A DNA stretch of 64,000 nt from Tricharina praecox (lineage: Eukaryota), in contig NW_026250442.1 of NCBI RefSeq assembly GCF_024521635.1, forward strand, positions 1 through 64,000, written 5' to 3'. Position 1 is the stretch's first letter. The number at the start of each line of letters is the position of its first letter. Shown one piece after another: positions 13,101 to 23,828 of the stretch. The notes below the pieces were generated by a model, which saw only the letters and a list, made by a program, of their open reading frames with translations, searched no databases and was not told the DNA's origin. The position numbers were made by a program, and so were the translations under genes.

Positions 13101-14677
13101 CTATTTTCCGATCCTCACATCGATCTTGCTGACTATCCACGAAAACACGAATACCGTCGACAGCGCAGTGAAGATGACGAATGGCTTCCGGAAGCCAGCG
13201 GTCTTGGGCAGATGGTAGGTCACGATCAGCTCCTTGTGGTGCTGCTCGTCAACTACGTTGGAAAAGCGCAACTTGAAGGCGGTGCGGCCAATAGTGTCCA
13301 TGAACGTCTTGTGGAGGAAGTGCTCCTCTCCAATGATGGGGATGGGGGATGAGTATTTGACGTCGCTGGAACGGTGTTAGATATGGGTTGGGGGTTGATA
13401 GGTGTGGGTTGGTGACTTACGTGGCACCTTCGGGCAAGATCACCCTAATCTCGACATCGCCGTAGACGACGGGCTCCTTAGGCCCCTCCAACAGCGGAAC
13501 CCTGAGCACGAAATCCTCGCCATTGGGCTTCGCCCGGACGAACTCCCTCAGATCGTGGTTCCACCCAAGGGTGAAGGTGTAGTTCCAACCACCAAACACC
13601 GGATACCTCGGCTTGATCTCCAGATGCGACTCGCGCATGTTGCTGCGGAAGCGGGAAGTCGAAACATTTCCAATCTCATCGGTGAAGTAAGGGCCGATCG
13701 AGCCCACCTTCAAGTTGTAAGTGAGGGCCTTGATCGCAGACGTCGGGGGACCGTAGTAGCTGGCCGCCGCCCACTTGACACGCGAGAACTGGTTCTTAAG
13801 CTTCGCCGCGGCATTGGTCATGACGTATTTCTCCTCGAAAGCGATGTTGCCGCCCCAATGGGAGACCTCGATATCGCGCGTGAGCTTCTCCATCACGATG
13901 ACGGGATGCGTGTACTCGTATCTGATCTTAACGGTCTTTCCGGCGCCGCTCGACGGCTTCACGTCCTCGTAGGGACCGTACGTGAACGCTGAGCCGACCT
14001 TGGTGGGATCGGAGGTGCCGTCGGATTTCGCGGTGAGCTTGGTGAACTCGGGCGCTTCATTGTTGGGCAGCTTCAGCTTCGTCTTTTGCTTGTCGGTGAC
14101 GTACGCGCTCGCCACGTATTGCGTGCCGGTCCACTGGAGGAACTGCTTCTCGACCTGCTCGATCTCGGCGGGAATGGGCTCGACGACGGTAGTCTTGCCG
14201 ATAGCCACTTGGAGGGTGATCTGGTTTCCGGGCGCGAGAGGTTCGGTCAAGAGAATGCGGTAGTATTGTGTCGGACTGTGCAGGTCTCCACATCAGTTCC
14301 AACTCCACACCCACAAACCCCCCAAAAAGAAAGGGCAAACTCCAGTCCGTAGCGCACCTTTGAGGATCGAACTCCACCTCATCGACCTTAAACTCTCCGA
14401 AGGGGGCCTTCTTGTCCCCGGCCTCGAAGAAGCTGACTTTCGTCACCTCGTCGGCCGCAAACGGCATATAATACTCGGTCTGCCCCTCTTTCGAGACATT
14501 CTCGACGATAACGGAAATGACTTCCTTCGAGTACGGTTTCGTCAGATCTATCGAGCGCAGTAGATTGATATTTCTGAAGACGGGCGCGGGCGCGAACGAG
14601 GGCGGCAGGATGAGCTTCGCATTGACGGTGGTGAGGACCGAGGAGAGGAGGAGCAGGGCTCCCGTGAAGGAACGCAT
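13101..14677 (-). CDS. OST1: Oligosaccharyltransferase alpha subunit (ribophorin I)
   Basis: Signal peptide, LTRDIEVSHWGGNIAFEE, YFTDEIGNVSTSRFR, KPRYPVFGGWNYTFTLGW, MDTIGRT, C-terminal TM segment. Introns 14357-14276 and 13420-13366. Confidence 0.95.
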
Positions 14678-14805
14678 TTTCGCAGGCCGGGTGGGGGATG
14701 TGCTGTGGCCGAGCGGAAGAATTGAGGTAGGATCTTTGGTTTGGAGAAGGCGGTCACGCAGCAACAGCTCGAAGTTCACGAAACTACCCTGGGAACTGCT
14801 TTGGG

Positions 14806-15612
14806 TTACGTGTTGTCTTGACGAACCCTGGCGGGGCCGCGAATGACTTGCATGCTGGCGCTAGCGAGTCTCCGAGCCGCGAGAGCATGGTATGTCACTC
14901 GGCGAGCCAGCCTGGGTGTTAAGCTTGAGCTTGAGCTTGAGCTTGACCCACGAGTGAGGTTGGTATTGGGTGGATAAACTCCGCAAGAAAGTCCTCTAGA
15001 AATAGCTTGATATAAATGGATAGCTATTACCTCCAGGCCACATCGATCCAGGTCTTCCACTGGCATGCTAGGGCCAACAGTCAGGCTTGTAGCTGCGGTT
15101 GGTGTCGGAATAGAGGGATTGAAAAGGGTCCAGTGGGCACCTATGTACTCGGTGAAAAGGACCGAATGGATTGCATGAGCAGCCAGGTCGTATACACAGA
15201 GCAGGACTCCCGTGGACCACCAAGCAGAGGGACGGGAGTTGACGGGGAAGTCTAGGTATTGGAATCCTATGGATCTCCCCGGTGCAAGATGTGAAGTATC
15301 CAACGCAATTCGAACTCGACCCACCCAACGGCGAGTACTAGGAAACATCCGTGTGGTGACCACACGGTGTGTGGTCATTAGGCCAGCGCCACTTAATGTA
15401 AAGTCATAAGTATGGCAGGTTCTGCAATACGCGGTATCATCGCTAGAGTGAGCTGGAGCAGGTACAGTAGGTTCAATCTGTAGATCTAGCGGCATCGTAA
15501 CTTCTGCGGCATCATTCGAAATACGATCTTGAAACAGAGGCTGAGTATCTGCTTCCACGCCTTGTAGTGTTCTGACTCTTCGTCGTTGCCGTGGCAGTCG
15601 TTGAACTTCCAT
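14806..15612 (-). CDS. Orphan ORF, 268 aa, unknown function
   Basis: Long non-repetitive ORF in lower-GC DNA, preceded by a CTAAT..TTTAG acceptor-like signal; no recognisable domain. Confidence 0.35.
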   Translation of the reverse strand: MEVQRLPRQRRRVRTLQGVEADTQPLFQDRISNDAAEVTMPLDLQIEPTVPAPAHSSDDTAYCRTCHTYDFTLSGAGLMTTHRVVTTRMFPSTRRWVGRVRIALDTSHLAPGRSIGFQYLDFPVNSRPSAWWSTGVLLCVYDLAAHAIHSVLFTEYIGAHWTLFNPSIPTPTAATSLTVGPSMPVEDLDRCGLEVIAIHLYQAISRGLSCGVYPPNTNLTRGSSSSSSSSLTPRLARRVTYHALAARRLASASMQVIRGPARVRQDNT

Positions 15613-16222
15613 CTAAAGAACAGTATTAGGGCCCGTTTGGATGGCCTCAGTTTTCAGTTCCAGTTTTAGAGCGAAATTCAGTTCCCCGCCGGGACATCGA
15701 ATACTGCCCAGTTTCAGTTTCCGGAGAACTGTGAGGTGAACAGAGTGTTGGGCAGTTCTCAGATTACTCAGCCATAAGTCTAAATAATAGGCTTCACCAC
15801 AACTTTAATAGTGGACACATTGTGGCCCCGCTTTTTTGTCTTCCCCGTAAACCGTAAAGGGAGTTGAAGTTAAAATGCGATACTGAGTGGCGGTAAAGAA
15901 ATGAATAAATTCCATTCTATTAGAGTCCACGGAGATCTACAAATCTAGCAGTGTAACGGCAGCGCAGTCTCTCCGCAGTATCGTCGCTAAAGCTCCTCCA
16001 CGGCTCTGCTCCAAAATATTAGGGCTGGGCAGTCGCTTCGCTCCAAAATCCGACGGTCGGAAACTTAGGGTTGAGCCACGGAAATCGCCACACCACTGCC
16101 CTTTATAGGAATAGATACGGGTTAACCCTATCGACCCCGGGTAATACATCCACTGCCCTCCCTCCCATCTACTTCAACCCCCCCACGCCTTCCCCCCCCT
16201 CACCACGACCAACACGACAACC

Positions 16223-17113
16223 ATGGCGACCAACCCGGCCATGGCCCCTCCTCCGACGACGACCAAGCCCGCGAAGACGACGATGCGGCACGCCGGCGAC
16301 TACAAGCGGCGGCTCCCGTTCTCTCGTCGCCTGCGGCACCACATGCGGAACACCGCGAACCTGACCGGCGAGCTCGTCCCCTTCGTTATGGAGAAAGCGT
16401 CCTTCTCCGCTTTGCCCAACGTTGGGCGCACAGGTTTGATCGGGGTTCGGCGCACGCTCCCATTCCATGAGTTTATTGACCGCAACTTTAGGGGCATGAT
16501 GGAAGACGTGCACGGTGCGGGGGCGGCGGCGGAGCGCCGCGGCCTCGTCATCCGCATCGGCAAAACGCTCGACGCTATCCCCCTCGACAGCTTGGCCGGC
16601 GATACTCACACCGTCGAACAGGTCTGGATGACTTTTAAGGACGTGGATCAGGCGTGCTACATCGTCTACTACGAACAGGGAGGAGGAGATGGCTGGAAGA
16701 AATTCTTCAAGATCATGCCAGACGAGGATATGACTGGAATGGTTAACACGCCCCGTCAGGCTCGTCGCATCGAGAGACAGGCGCGCATTCAAGTTCAGGC
16801 CCGCGCCGCTCGGCGTCAGGCTCTTCAAGCTGAGCTCCAGGCCCGCGCTGTGCGCCGTCACGCTCGTCAGGTTGCGATCCAGGGCGTCGCTCAGCGTCAG
16901 GCTCAAGTTCAGGCTCGTCAGCTTAAGACCCAGGCCCAGGTTAAAGTTCAACCCCTGGCCCAGGTTAAAGTTCAGACCCAGGTTCCAGTTCCAGTTCAGG
17001 CTCGGGTTCATGTTCTGCTCCAAGCCCGCGCCGCTCGGCGTGAGGCTAAAGTTCAGGCCCGCGCCGCTCGGTGTCAGACCCGGCAGGACTTGAAGGCGTA
17101 TATACTGCGTTAA
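16223..17113 (+). CDS. Divergent Atg8/LC3-like ubiquitin-fold protein with a basic QARAARR-repeat C-terminal extension
   Basis: YKRRLPFSRRL..R..LVPFVMEKASFSALP aligns with Atg8 FKSEYPFEKRK..R..RIPVICEKAEKSDIP; FKDVDQACYIVY aligns with [12 protein letters not shown]. Intronless, with a good CAACCATGG start context. Confidence 0.7.
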   Translation: MATNPAMAPPPTTTKPAKTTMRHAGDYKRRLPFSRRLRHHMRNTANLTGELVPFVMEKASFSALPNVGRTGLIGVRRTLPFHEFIDRNFRGMMEDVHGAGAAAERRGLVIRIGKTLDAIPLDSLAGDTHTVEQVWMTFKDVDQACYIVYYEQGGGDGWKKFFKIMPDEDMTGMVNTPRQARRIERQARIQVQARAARRQALQAELQARAVRRHARQVAIQGVAQRQAQVQARQLKTQAQVKVQPLAQVKVQTQVPVPVQARVHVLLQARAARREAKVQARAARCQTRQDLKAYILR

Positions 17114-17603
17114 TACAATATACCTAGTCGGCAAGGACACAACGACGGATAACCTCTACTGGACTGGACTGGCATGTCGGCTTCTTCGTAGCTTTTTTCT
17201 AGAAAAAAAAGGACGAAAAAAGGGTTCACTTTCACTTTCACTATTTCTAGTTCGTCTATTTCTGGTTCGTCTGTTTTGCTCTATTTGCTCCGTGATTAGA
17301 CCGGTTCCCGGTAATATGTAACACCACCCAGTGCACGCACCAGCACGCCCTCTAGGCTCCAGGCTCCGAGAACCGGAGACGAAAGTCGGTGGCGGATCGG
17401 TACATAGACAATCGCTTATATACACGCAAAAGGTTAACCAATCCCACCACATCATCCGTAATCCGAGTGCTTTCCATGGTCCACGCGCTGCAGGTAGGTA
17501 GCTCAAGTTCATCGAGCAAAGCTCGAACAGGTATTATCAATTACGTTTATACCGTCTACATCGTCATCATGACCATCACCATCATCTTCCCATCACCTTC
17601 CAA

Positions 17604-19913
17604 TCACCTTCCCCTTCCCCTACCCTTCTCCCTCCCCGCATCCACATCCATCGTCCCACCAGCACTCTTCCACACGCCCTCCTCGACCCTAACGGGGACC
17701 TTCCCGCCCCTGAGCGCGGTATCGATGATCCACAGGCCGACCACCCACTCCTCCCTGCTGAGCCGTCCCTTCGCGCCTCGATCCACAAGCTGCCACACCT
17801 CGGCGAGCACACGGTTCTCGAGGCGACTTCGCTGCCACAGTTCACGGACGACATAGTTCTCGATATACTTGTACCCCGGGGAGTTAGATGCGAACAAGCC
17901 CTCGTAGCGGCGTCTAGCAGCCGCGGGGATGGTGCGTGCCCACGTGTGGTTGAGCACTTCGTTGTGGCGGTGGCGGCGCGGCGGAGGCTTCGGTGGTGGG
18001 GGGGTGGGACTACGCGGTGGGCGCAGGGTCCGCGGGAGGGCGGGGAGGGAGCGGCGCCGTTGCGGTGAAGGTTTGTGCGGCGGGACGGGGGCGGGTGGTT
18101 TACGTGGCCCTGGGGGGATGGAGCGCGAGGGCGCAAGGGAGGCGGCGATTGTGGCGGCAGGGCGGGAAGGGATGGGTGGTGGGATGGTGGGGAGGGAGCG
18201 ACGACGACGGGGGAGGGGGGCCGGTGGTTTGCGGGTGCTGGTCGGGAGGAAGGGTTTTTTCTGGGGTGGTGGGGGTGGTCGGAGGACGACGGTTGTTGCG
18301 ATGGAGGCGCCAGAGGCGGAGGTTTCGGAGGTTGCCCGCGCAAACGAAGGCGGGTCAATGATCTTCCGTCGCGGCGGAGGAGTTTGGCCGTCCGACTTGC
18401 GTGGAGACGAAATGTGGGCCCTTGCTGCCGCCGTGGGCGCGCTGGAGCCTGAAGACGCTGAGGCCGTTGATGATGTGCGCGCGGGTAGGGTGGGTCGTAA
18501 GTTACTGGTGGAGGGAAGTTTCCGTGGTGGTGGGCGCGCTTTCCGCGGTAGTGGAGGCATCGGAGCCCCTCCTCCTCCGGTATTCTGCGGCCTCGAAGCG
18601 TGAGCTATCGTTGCCGCCGTCAAGGCGCTGGGCCGTCCCGAGTTGTGCGACACCACCGATTCGGTGTGTCTTACTGGGGAAGCGTCTCCTGTCGCCTTCT
18701 TCCTCGTCGGGGGAGGCAGCGGTGATCTTCCGCCCGTCGTTTGTGGAGACGGGAGTGCCGATGTGGGCCTCGATGATGCATGGGCTACCGTTGCTGCCGC
18801 CAGTGCGTCGTTCCGCGCTCCTACACCCGAGATTCCCGAGTCCAGTGATTCCGTCCGCGCGATCGGCGGCTTCTTTGGCGGCGGAGGCTTGGACTTGATC
18901 CGTTCCAAGTCATGCGAAGCGGCCGATTCCGTCCGTGCGATGGGAGACATGTCCACTTTCTTCTTCTTCGGTGGTAGAGGCGCCGGACTCGACACACCCG
19001 CCCCCACCGTGGCTGTCACGGGGGTTGTGCGCGCGGGGTGGGATGGTCGCACGTTGGTGGTTGTCGTGGGGGGTTTACGCCGCGGTCCACGAGCCTTCCG
19101 TGGTAGTGGAGGCATCGGAGCTCCCCTTGCACCCCCACCGGTAGTCTGCGGGCTCGAAGCATGGGTCCTCGTTGCCGCCGACTCCCTGGACTCCGTCCTT
19201 GCGATTGTAGGTCGGTCCAGATCTACCCTCTTCCACGGCGCCGGTCCTCCCGCTCCACCGGTAGTCCGCGGACTCGAAGCATGCGCGCGGGACGCCGCCG
19301 TTATCGCGCTGGAACTCTCCGAGTTCCTCGAAGCCACCGAGACCGAGGACGGTTTGGGCGCAACCGGGGGTTTCGGGCTCATGCTCGGGCTCGGGCTCTG
19401 ACCAGCACTGGTTGCGACGATTGCGGCAGCCAGGGACGGGCTCTTTGCGGTAGTCTGCTGTTCGAACATCGATTTGAGAGAGGAGATGTCGTCGAGCGAT
19501 GAAGAGTCGACTTTTTCCGGACTGCCGGGGCGCTTCCGCGCATGACTCGTCGTTGTCGAGGGTGATAGGGGGGTTTCGTCCGCTTCTCCGAATAGCTTCA
19601 GGCGCTGCCGCACCGCGAGCGCTTCTCCTTCCCCTGCCATGGCCGATGAAGAGGAGCCAGAACGAGAGTGTCGCGATGACCTGGTGTTGGAGCGCGATGT
19701 CCGCTGTTGTTGGCGTTGGTGTTGTTGTTGCTGTTGTTGTGGTGGTGGTGGTTGTCTCCTATCCCCCCGTTCGCGTATAGCTGGTGCTGGTGGTGGTGCA
19801 GGTGCTGGTTGCTTTTTGGCAAAGCTCAGCACTGCCGCGCGGAGAGCTGCAGAGTCCGGGGCCGGCGATGCCGTTGCATTTGCGGCTGGCTTTGGGGCCG
19901 CCCGCTTGTACAT
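17604..19913 (-). CDS. IRS4/TAX4-like protein: long Pro/Ser-rich region plus C-terminal EH domain
   Basis: RRRYEGLFASN..NYVVRELWQRSRL..LAEVWQLVDRGAKGRLSREEWVVGLWIIDTALRGGKVPVRVEEGVW. Confidence 0.85.
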   Translation of the reverse strand: MYKRAAPKPAANATASPAPDSAALRAAVLSFAKKQPAPAPPPAPAIRERGDRRQPPPPQQQQQQHQRQQQRTSRSNTRSSRHSRSGSSSSAMAGEGEALAVRQRLKLFGEADETPLSPSTTTSHARKRPGSPEKVDSSSLDDISSLKSMFEQQTTAKSPSLAAAIVATSAGQSPSPSMSPKPPVAPKPSSVSVASRNSESSSAITAASRAHASSPRTTGGAGGPAPWKRVDLDRPTIARTESRESAATRTHASSPQTTGGGARGAPMPPLPRKARGPRRKPPTTTTNVRPSHPARTTPVTATVGAGVSSPAPLPPKKKKVDMSPIARTESAASHDLERIKSKPPPPKKPPIARTESLDSGISGVGARNDALAAATVAHASSRPTSALPSPQTTGGRSPLPPPTRKKATGDASPVRHTESVVSHNSGRPSALTAATIAHASRPQNTGGGGAPMPPLPRKARPPPRKLPSTSNLRPTLPARTSSTASASSGSSAPTAAARAHISSPRKSDGQTPPPRRKIIDPPSFARATSETSASGASIATTVVLRPPPPPQKKPFLPTSTRKPPAPLPRRRRSLPTIPPPIPSRPAATIAASLAPSRSIPPGPRKPPAPVPPHKPSPQRRRSLPALPRTLRPPRSPTPPPPKPPPRRHRHNEVLNHTWARTIPAAARRRYEGLFASNSPGYKYIENYVVRELWQRSRLENRVLAEVWQLVDRGAKGRLSREEWVVGLWIIDTALRGGKVPVRVEEGVWKSAGGTMDVDAGREKGRGRGR

Positions 19914-20735
19914 GTCATTAAAATAGGTATCTAGTGCCGAAGCCGAGGAGCGAGAGATCGTGAATCACAAACACAGGAACGAAAGAGAGAGAAGGAGAGA
20001 GAGAGAAAGATAAACGACAGGAAGAGATATGGATGGATGACTGGATGGGGGGCTGGGAAGGGAATGTCAATAATGCCTGTTGCTTGTACAAAGTGCATAA
20101 GCTGTCCACGATGCAGCTGAAACGGCGTTCGAGCAGCCGGGCCGTAGGGAACTGGTAGGCTCTGCAGCTGATCCTCGTTTGGGAGCCTCTCGGGCAAAAA
20201 AGGTCTTTGATTTTGCGGACGGTCGGTAGTGGTAGCAACAAGTATTTCTTTGTGTGCGGCCGTGGATGAAGTTCCATCACCACTACAATAACAACAACAC
20301 AACACCGCCGTTTGGGCTCGACGCCAGTTCCCTCCAAGACCGCCTCGTATCAGTTTTCTAGAATTGTACAACTCGTTCCAAAGCCCAAAGCGACGAGCGT
20401 TGCCAGTAGCTAGAGTACTAGGCACATAAGCAACACATACATCCGTTGAGTGCCGGCTTTGATGGGTTCGCGGAAGTACCATGGACGGTACCCATGCATG
20501 TGCGGTGCTTGACCGGACCGGACCATACGGAATAGGTATCGAATGGACTTGGAGGCTTTTGTACGGTCATCGTGAAGACCCGGCTTAGTACGTCCGTCCG
20601 GCAGGCGTGGTGCATCACTCCCCTGTGAGGCCGATGGCCCATGTATATATGCAGAAAACACGCTTCAAATTCCACTTCCAATTCCAGTACAAGTAGGTAT
20701 CATATCATATCACATCACACACTCTCCAGCCCCTA

Positions 20736-23700
20736 CTACACACCAAACCTCTCCTCATCCAGCAGCGTCCTCTCCCCGATCGACTCGCTCACCCACTCCC
20801 TCCCCACCACTCTCGGGGCCTTCCCGCTCCACTTTGCAATCTCGCTTCTGATCTCTCGTAACTTTTCGGGCGATGTCTTAGCGTCCACCACCACGTGTGT
20901 GATCCCCCTCCCGGCGGCGGCGGGGAGTGTTCCGGCAACGACCTTCCCGCCCGCGAACAGGATCGGTGTCGCCGCGAGCGTGTAGCTGCTGGATTGTGGT
21001 GGGGCGGCGATGTACACTACGCAGGAGGTGAAGAGCCAGCCGGGCAGTTCTGCGTCGTCGGAGTCCTGGGTTGATAGGGAGGCGTGGAAGGAGGCGTGGA
21101 GGGCGGGGTCGGTGTCGGTGTCGGTGGAAGCCGGCATACCCTCGAGCAGCGCGCGCAGCTCGGCCGCGTCGATGTCGCGGGCGTAGCTATCGCCGTATTT
21201 GTCGACGCGGTTGGCGGCTTTGTGTGCGGTGAGCGGGGTGGCGAAGAATAGGTGGCGCGGCTCGAGGGGGAGGAGGTGGTGCTCGCCCGTTCTCTCGTGC
21301 TGCGCGATGCAGTCGAAGAGCCACTGCGGGTGGATGATATCGTGGGTGCCCCGCTTCTTCAGCGCCGAGATCTTGACGGTGTTGCGGTCGCCGATGACGT
21401 GGATGGAAGGGTGGTTCTCATTCTGCAGGAAGTGGCCGCCGTGGGATTTGATGAGTGCTTCGATCTCGGGCTTGGAGACTTTGTTGCGCCGCGAGGAGGA
21501 GTCGGTCAGGACATAGAATGTGTGGTTGGCGAAGAGCGTGTCCGGGATGGCCGCGAAGCGCGGGACCGAGTGCTCGTCCGCGCCTGCGACAGTGAACTCC
21601 TTCTTTACGCGCTTGTTGCGCTGGCGGCGCCGCTCGACGTCGAGCTTCTTTGTTTGCGCGGAGTGCAGGGCGTCGGCCTGAAGCTTCATGAAGCCCTGGA
21701 TGCTGAGGGCGGTTTTCCAGTCGCGATCTGGGCGCAGCCGCTTGAACCGCGGGAAGCGCAGTGTCTGGTTCATGCGGAACTGGTCCGTGGCTGCGATGGA
21801 GGCGGCCTTGACCTCGACTACGAATGAGTTCTCCGGGTGGATCCACATGTGCGGCTTCTCGAAGTGGCGGTCGCCACCTGCTAGCTCGAGCCAGTCCGGC
21901 GGTGGGTGCGCATTCCACTTCCGCCACAGCCCGTCGGTGTTGTGCGCAATCGTCGCATAGTCGTTCGCCGTGAAGCCCCCGCCCACTTTGAAGAAGCTGT
22001 AGAACTTCATCGGGTTCGCCCCGGGCGGCAGCGCGTTGCCGTCGACGCGCAGCGCACATAGGTACGACGAGAGGATGCTCCCCCGCTTGCCGGTGCCCCA
22101 GTACCCGCCGACCACGAGGCAGTCCAGGGACTCGCCGTATTCGGTCATGTACTCGGGCTTAACCTTGACCCAGTCGTCGTTGCGGTCGTTGAGGCGGTAG
22201 ACTGAGCGCGGGTTCTTGATCACGAGGCCTTCGAAGGCACTGGCGATGACCTGCCGGAGCTCGGCCTCGATCTCCTCCGTGGTTGTGGCTGAGTTGTACT
22301 GGTGGATTTCGATGCGGCCGGGCTCCGAGGTCATAACGCCGGTCAAAGCTTTCCGGCGGTCTTCGAGCGAGTAGTCGAGGAGACTCTGGCCGTTCAGGAA
22401 GAGGATGTCAAAGACGCGGAATAACGGACGGTGCTGCATCCCCTCCGGATTGTTGCTCGTTTCGATCGCCGCGGTTTTCAGTGTTCCGAAGCCGACGATG
22501 CAGTCCACCGTTGGATCCCAGGTGATCATCTCGCCGTCAAGGATGATGCTGCCGACACGCTTGTCGAATATCCCTTCGGCGAAGCGCGAGACACTGCCGT
22601 TCTTGAAGCTCGAGCCGTAGAGATGCGTATACTCCTTCGCCTTCCTGCTCCACCATCTGAACTCGCCATTATCAAAATGCATCTGCATGCGCTCGCCATC
22701 CAGTTTCTCCTCGATCCAGAACTCTTGTCCGCCCATAGCCTTGATCACCGTAGCCAGCGACTTCTTCTGGAACTGTGCCAGCTGCGGTTGAAAGCACGAC
22801 ATGAGAGTAACGCCCTTCTCGTCCGCGCCCACGCGGAAGTCGGGATCGTACAGTTCCCAGCAGACGCGGCGCAGAGAGGATGAGACATTGAACATGGTAT
22901 CGGCATCGGGGTGCCAGGCGTCAAAGAAGGTCTTCTCTGTGGCTCCGACTTTCATCTGCTTCAGGATTATGCGGATCAGCCACATGAGCTCTTCTGCGCA
23001 CATGTTGTTGTAGAATTCCTCCATGATCGGTAGTTGGTTTTCACTACGGCCGGTCAGTCGTCTTCGCTGGATAAGGCCAACCAAGAGATATGCACTTACT
23101 CTCCGGTTACTTGTGAGAGGCGATCCAGCATCTCATTGACCTGCGCAATCGTCAGGGGCCCTGGCGTGGTCCGCATCGGACGCTTCTTGATGATCTCGTA
23201 GCATCGCAGCGCAAAATCACCAGCGCTCCTGGACCATGCACCAGGCAACTTCCAGTGGAGCAAGCCGTATCCATCGTCACTGTCCTTCCTAATCTTCATC
23301 ACCTTGACGAGGAGCTTTCCTATGCGCTGCTCCTTCATGTGATACCTTTCCGCACAAAATCAGCATCATTCCCACCCCCCCTTCACACACCAATCCCTCA
23401 GGCTCCAGCACTCACACATTCCTCTCACGATCCTTATCGCACAAGATCAACCTGAACGCGGGGAAGATATCCGGGCCGACCTCGCTCCTCCACCTCTTGA
23501 CGAAAGTCTCGATGATATTCCGCCTAACCTCATGCGGCTTCAACTCGCGGTTCCCTCGCAGTCCCACCCCGGTCCGCTTCGTCTTGTTCTGCAGCAGCGG
23601 CACGAATAGCTTCGTGTATAAAACATGGAACGGGAACGTCGCGTGCGTGTTAAGTGGTCGGTGAGGGTATTTCGCCTCGATCTCGGCTTCGGTGAGGGAT

Positions 23701-23828
23701 GAGAGGCTGCTGGCTAGGTCGTCGTCGTCATGGTCGGCGTCGCGGTCGGGGTCAAGGTCGTGGTCAAGGTCGTGGTCAAGGTCGTGGTCGTGGTCGGGCG
23801 CGGCGTCGGTGGAGGGCGGGTGGTCCAT
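20736..23828 (-). CDS. LIG4: DNA ligase IV (NHEJ)
   Basis: WIEEKLDGERMQMH adenylation motif, EGLVIK, WVKVKPEY, TLRFPRF, two BRCT domains. Introns 23415-23346 and 23099-23044. Confidence 0.97.

Noticed and set aside
15626..15645. Complete PIF/Harbinger MITE
   Set aside because: Only one TIR-like end is visible; I found no matching CCAAACGGGCCC downstream.
16169..17140. 323-aa antisense ORF over the Atg8-like gene
   Set aside because: Codon-aligned mirror frame of a GC-rich gene; no independent features.
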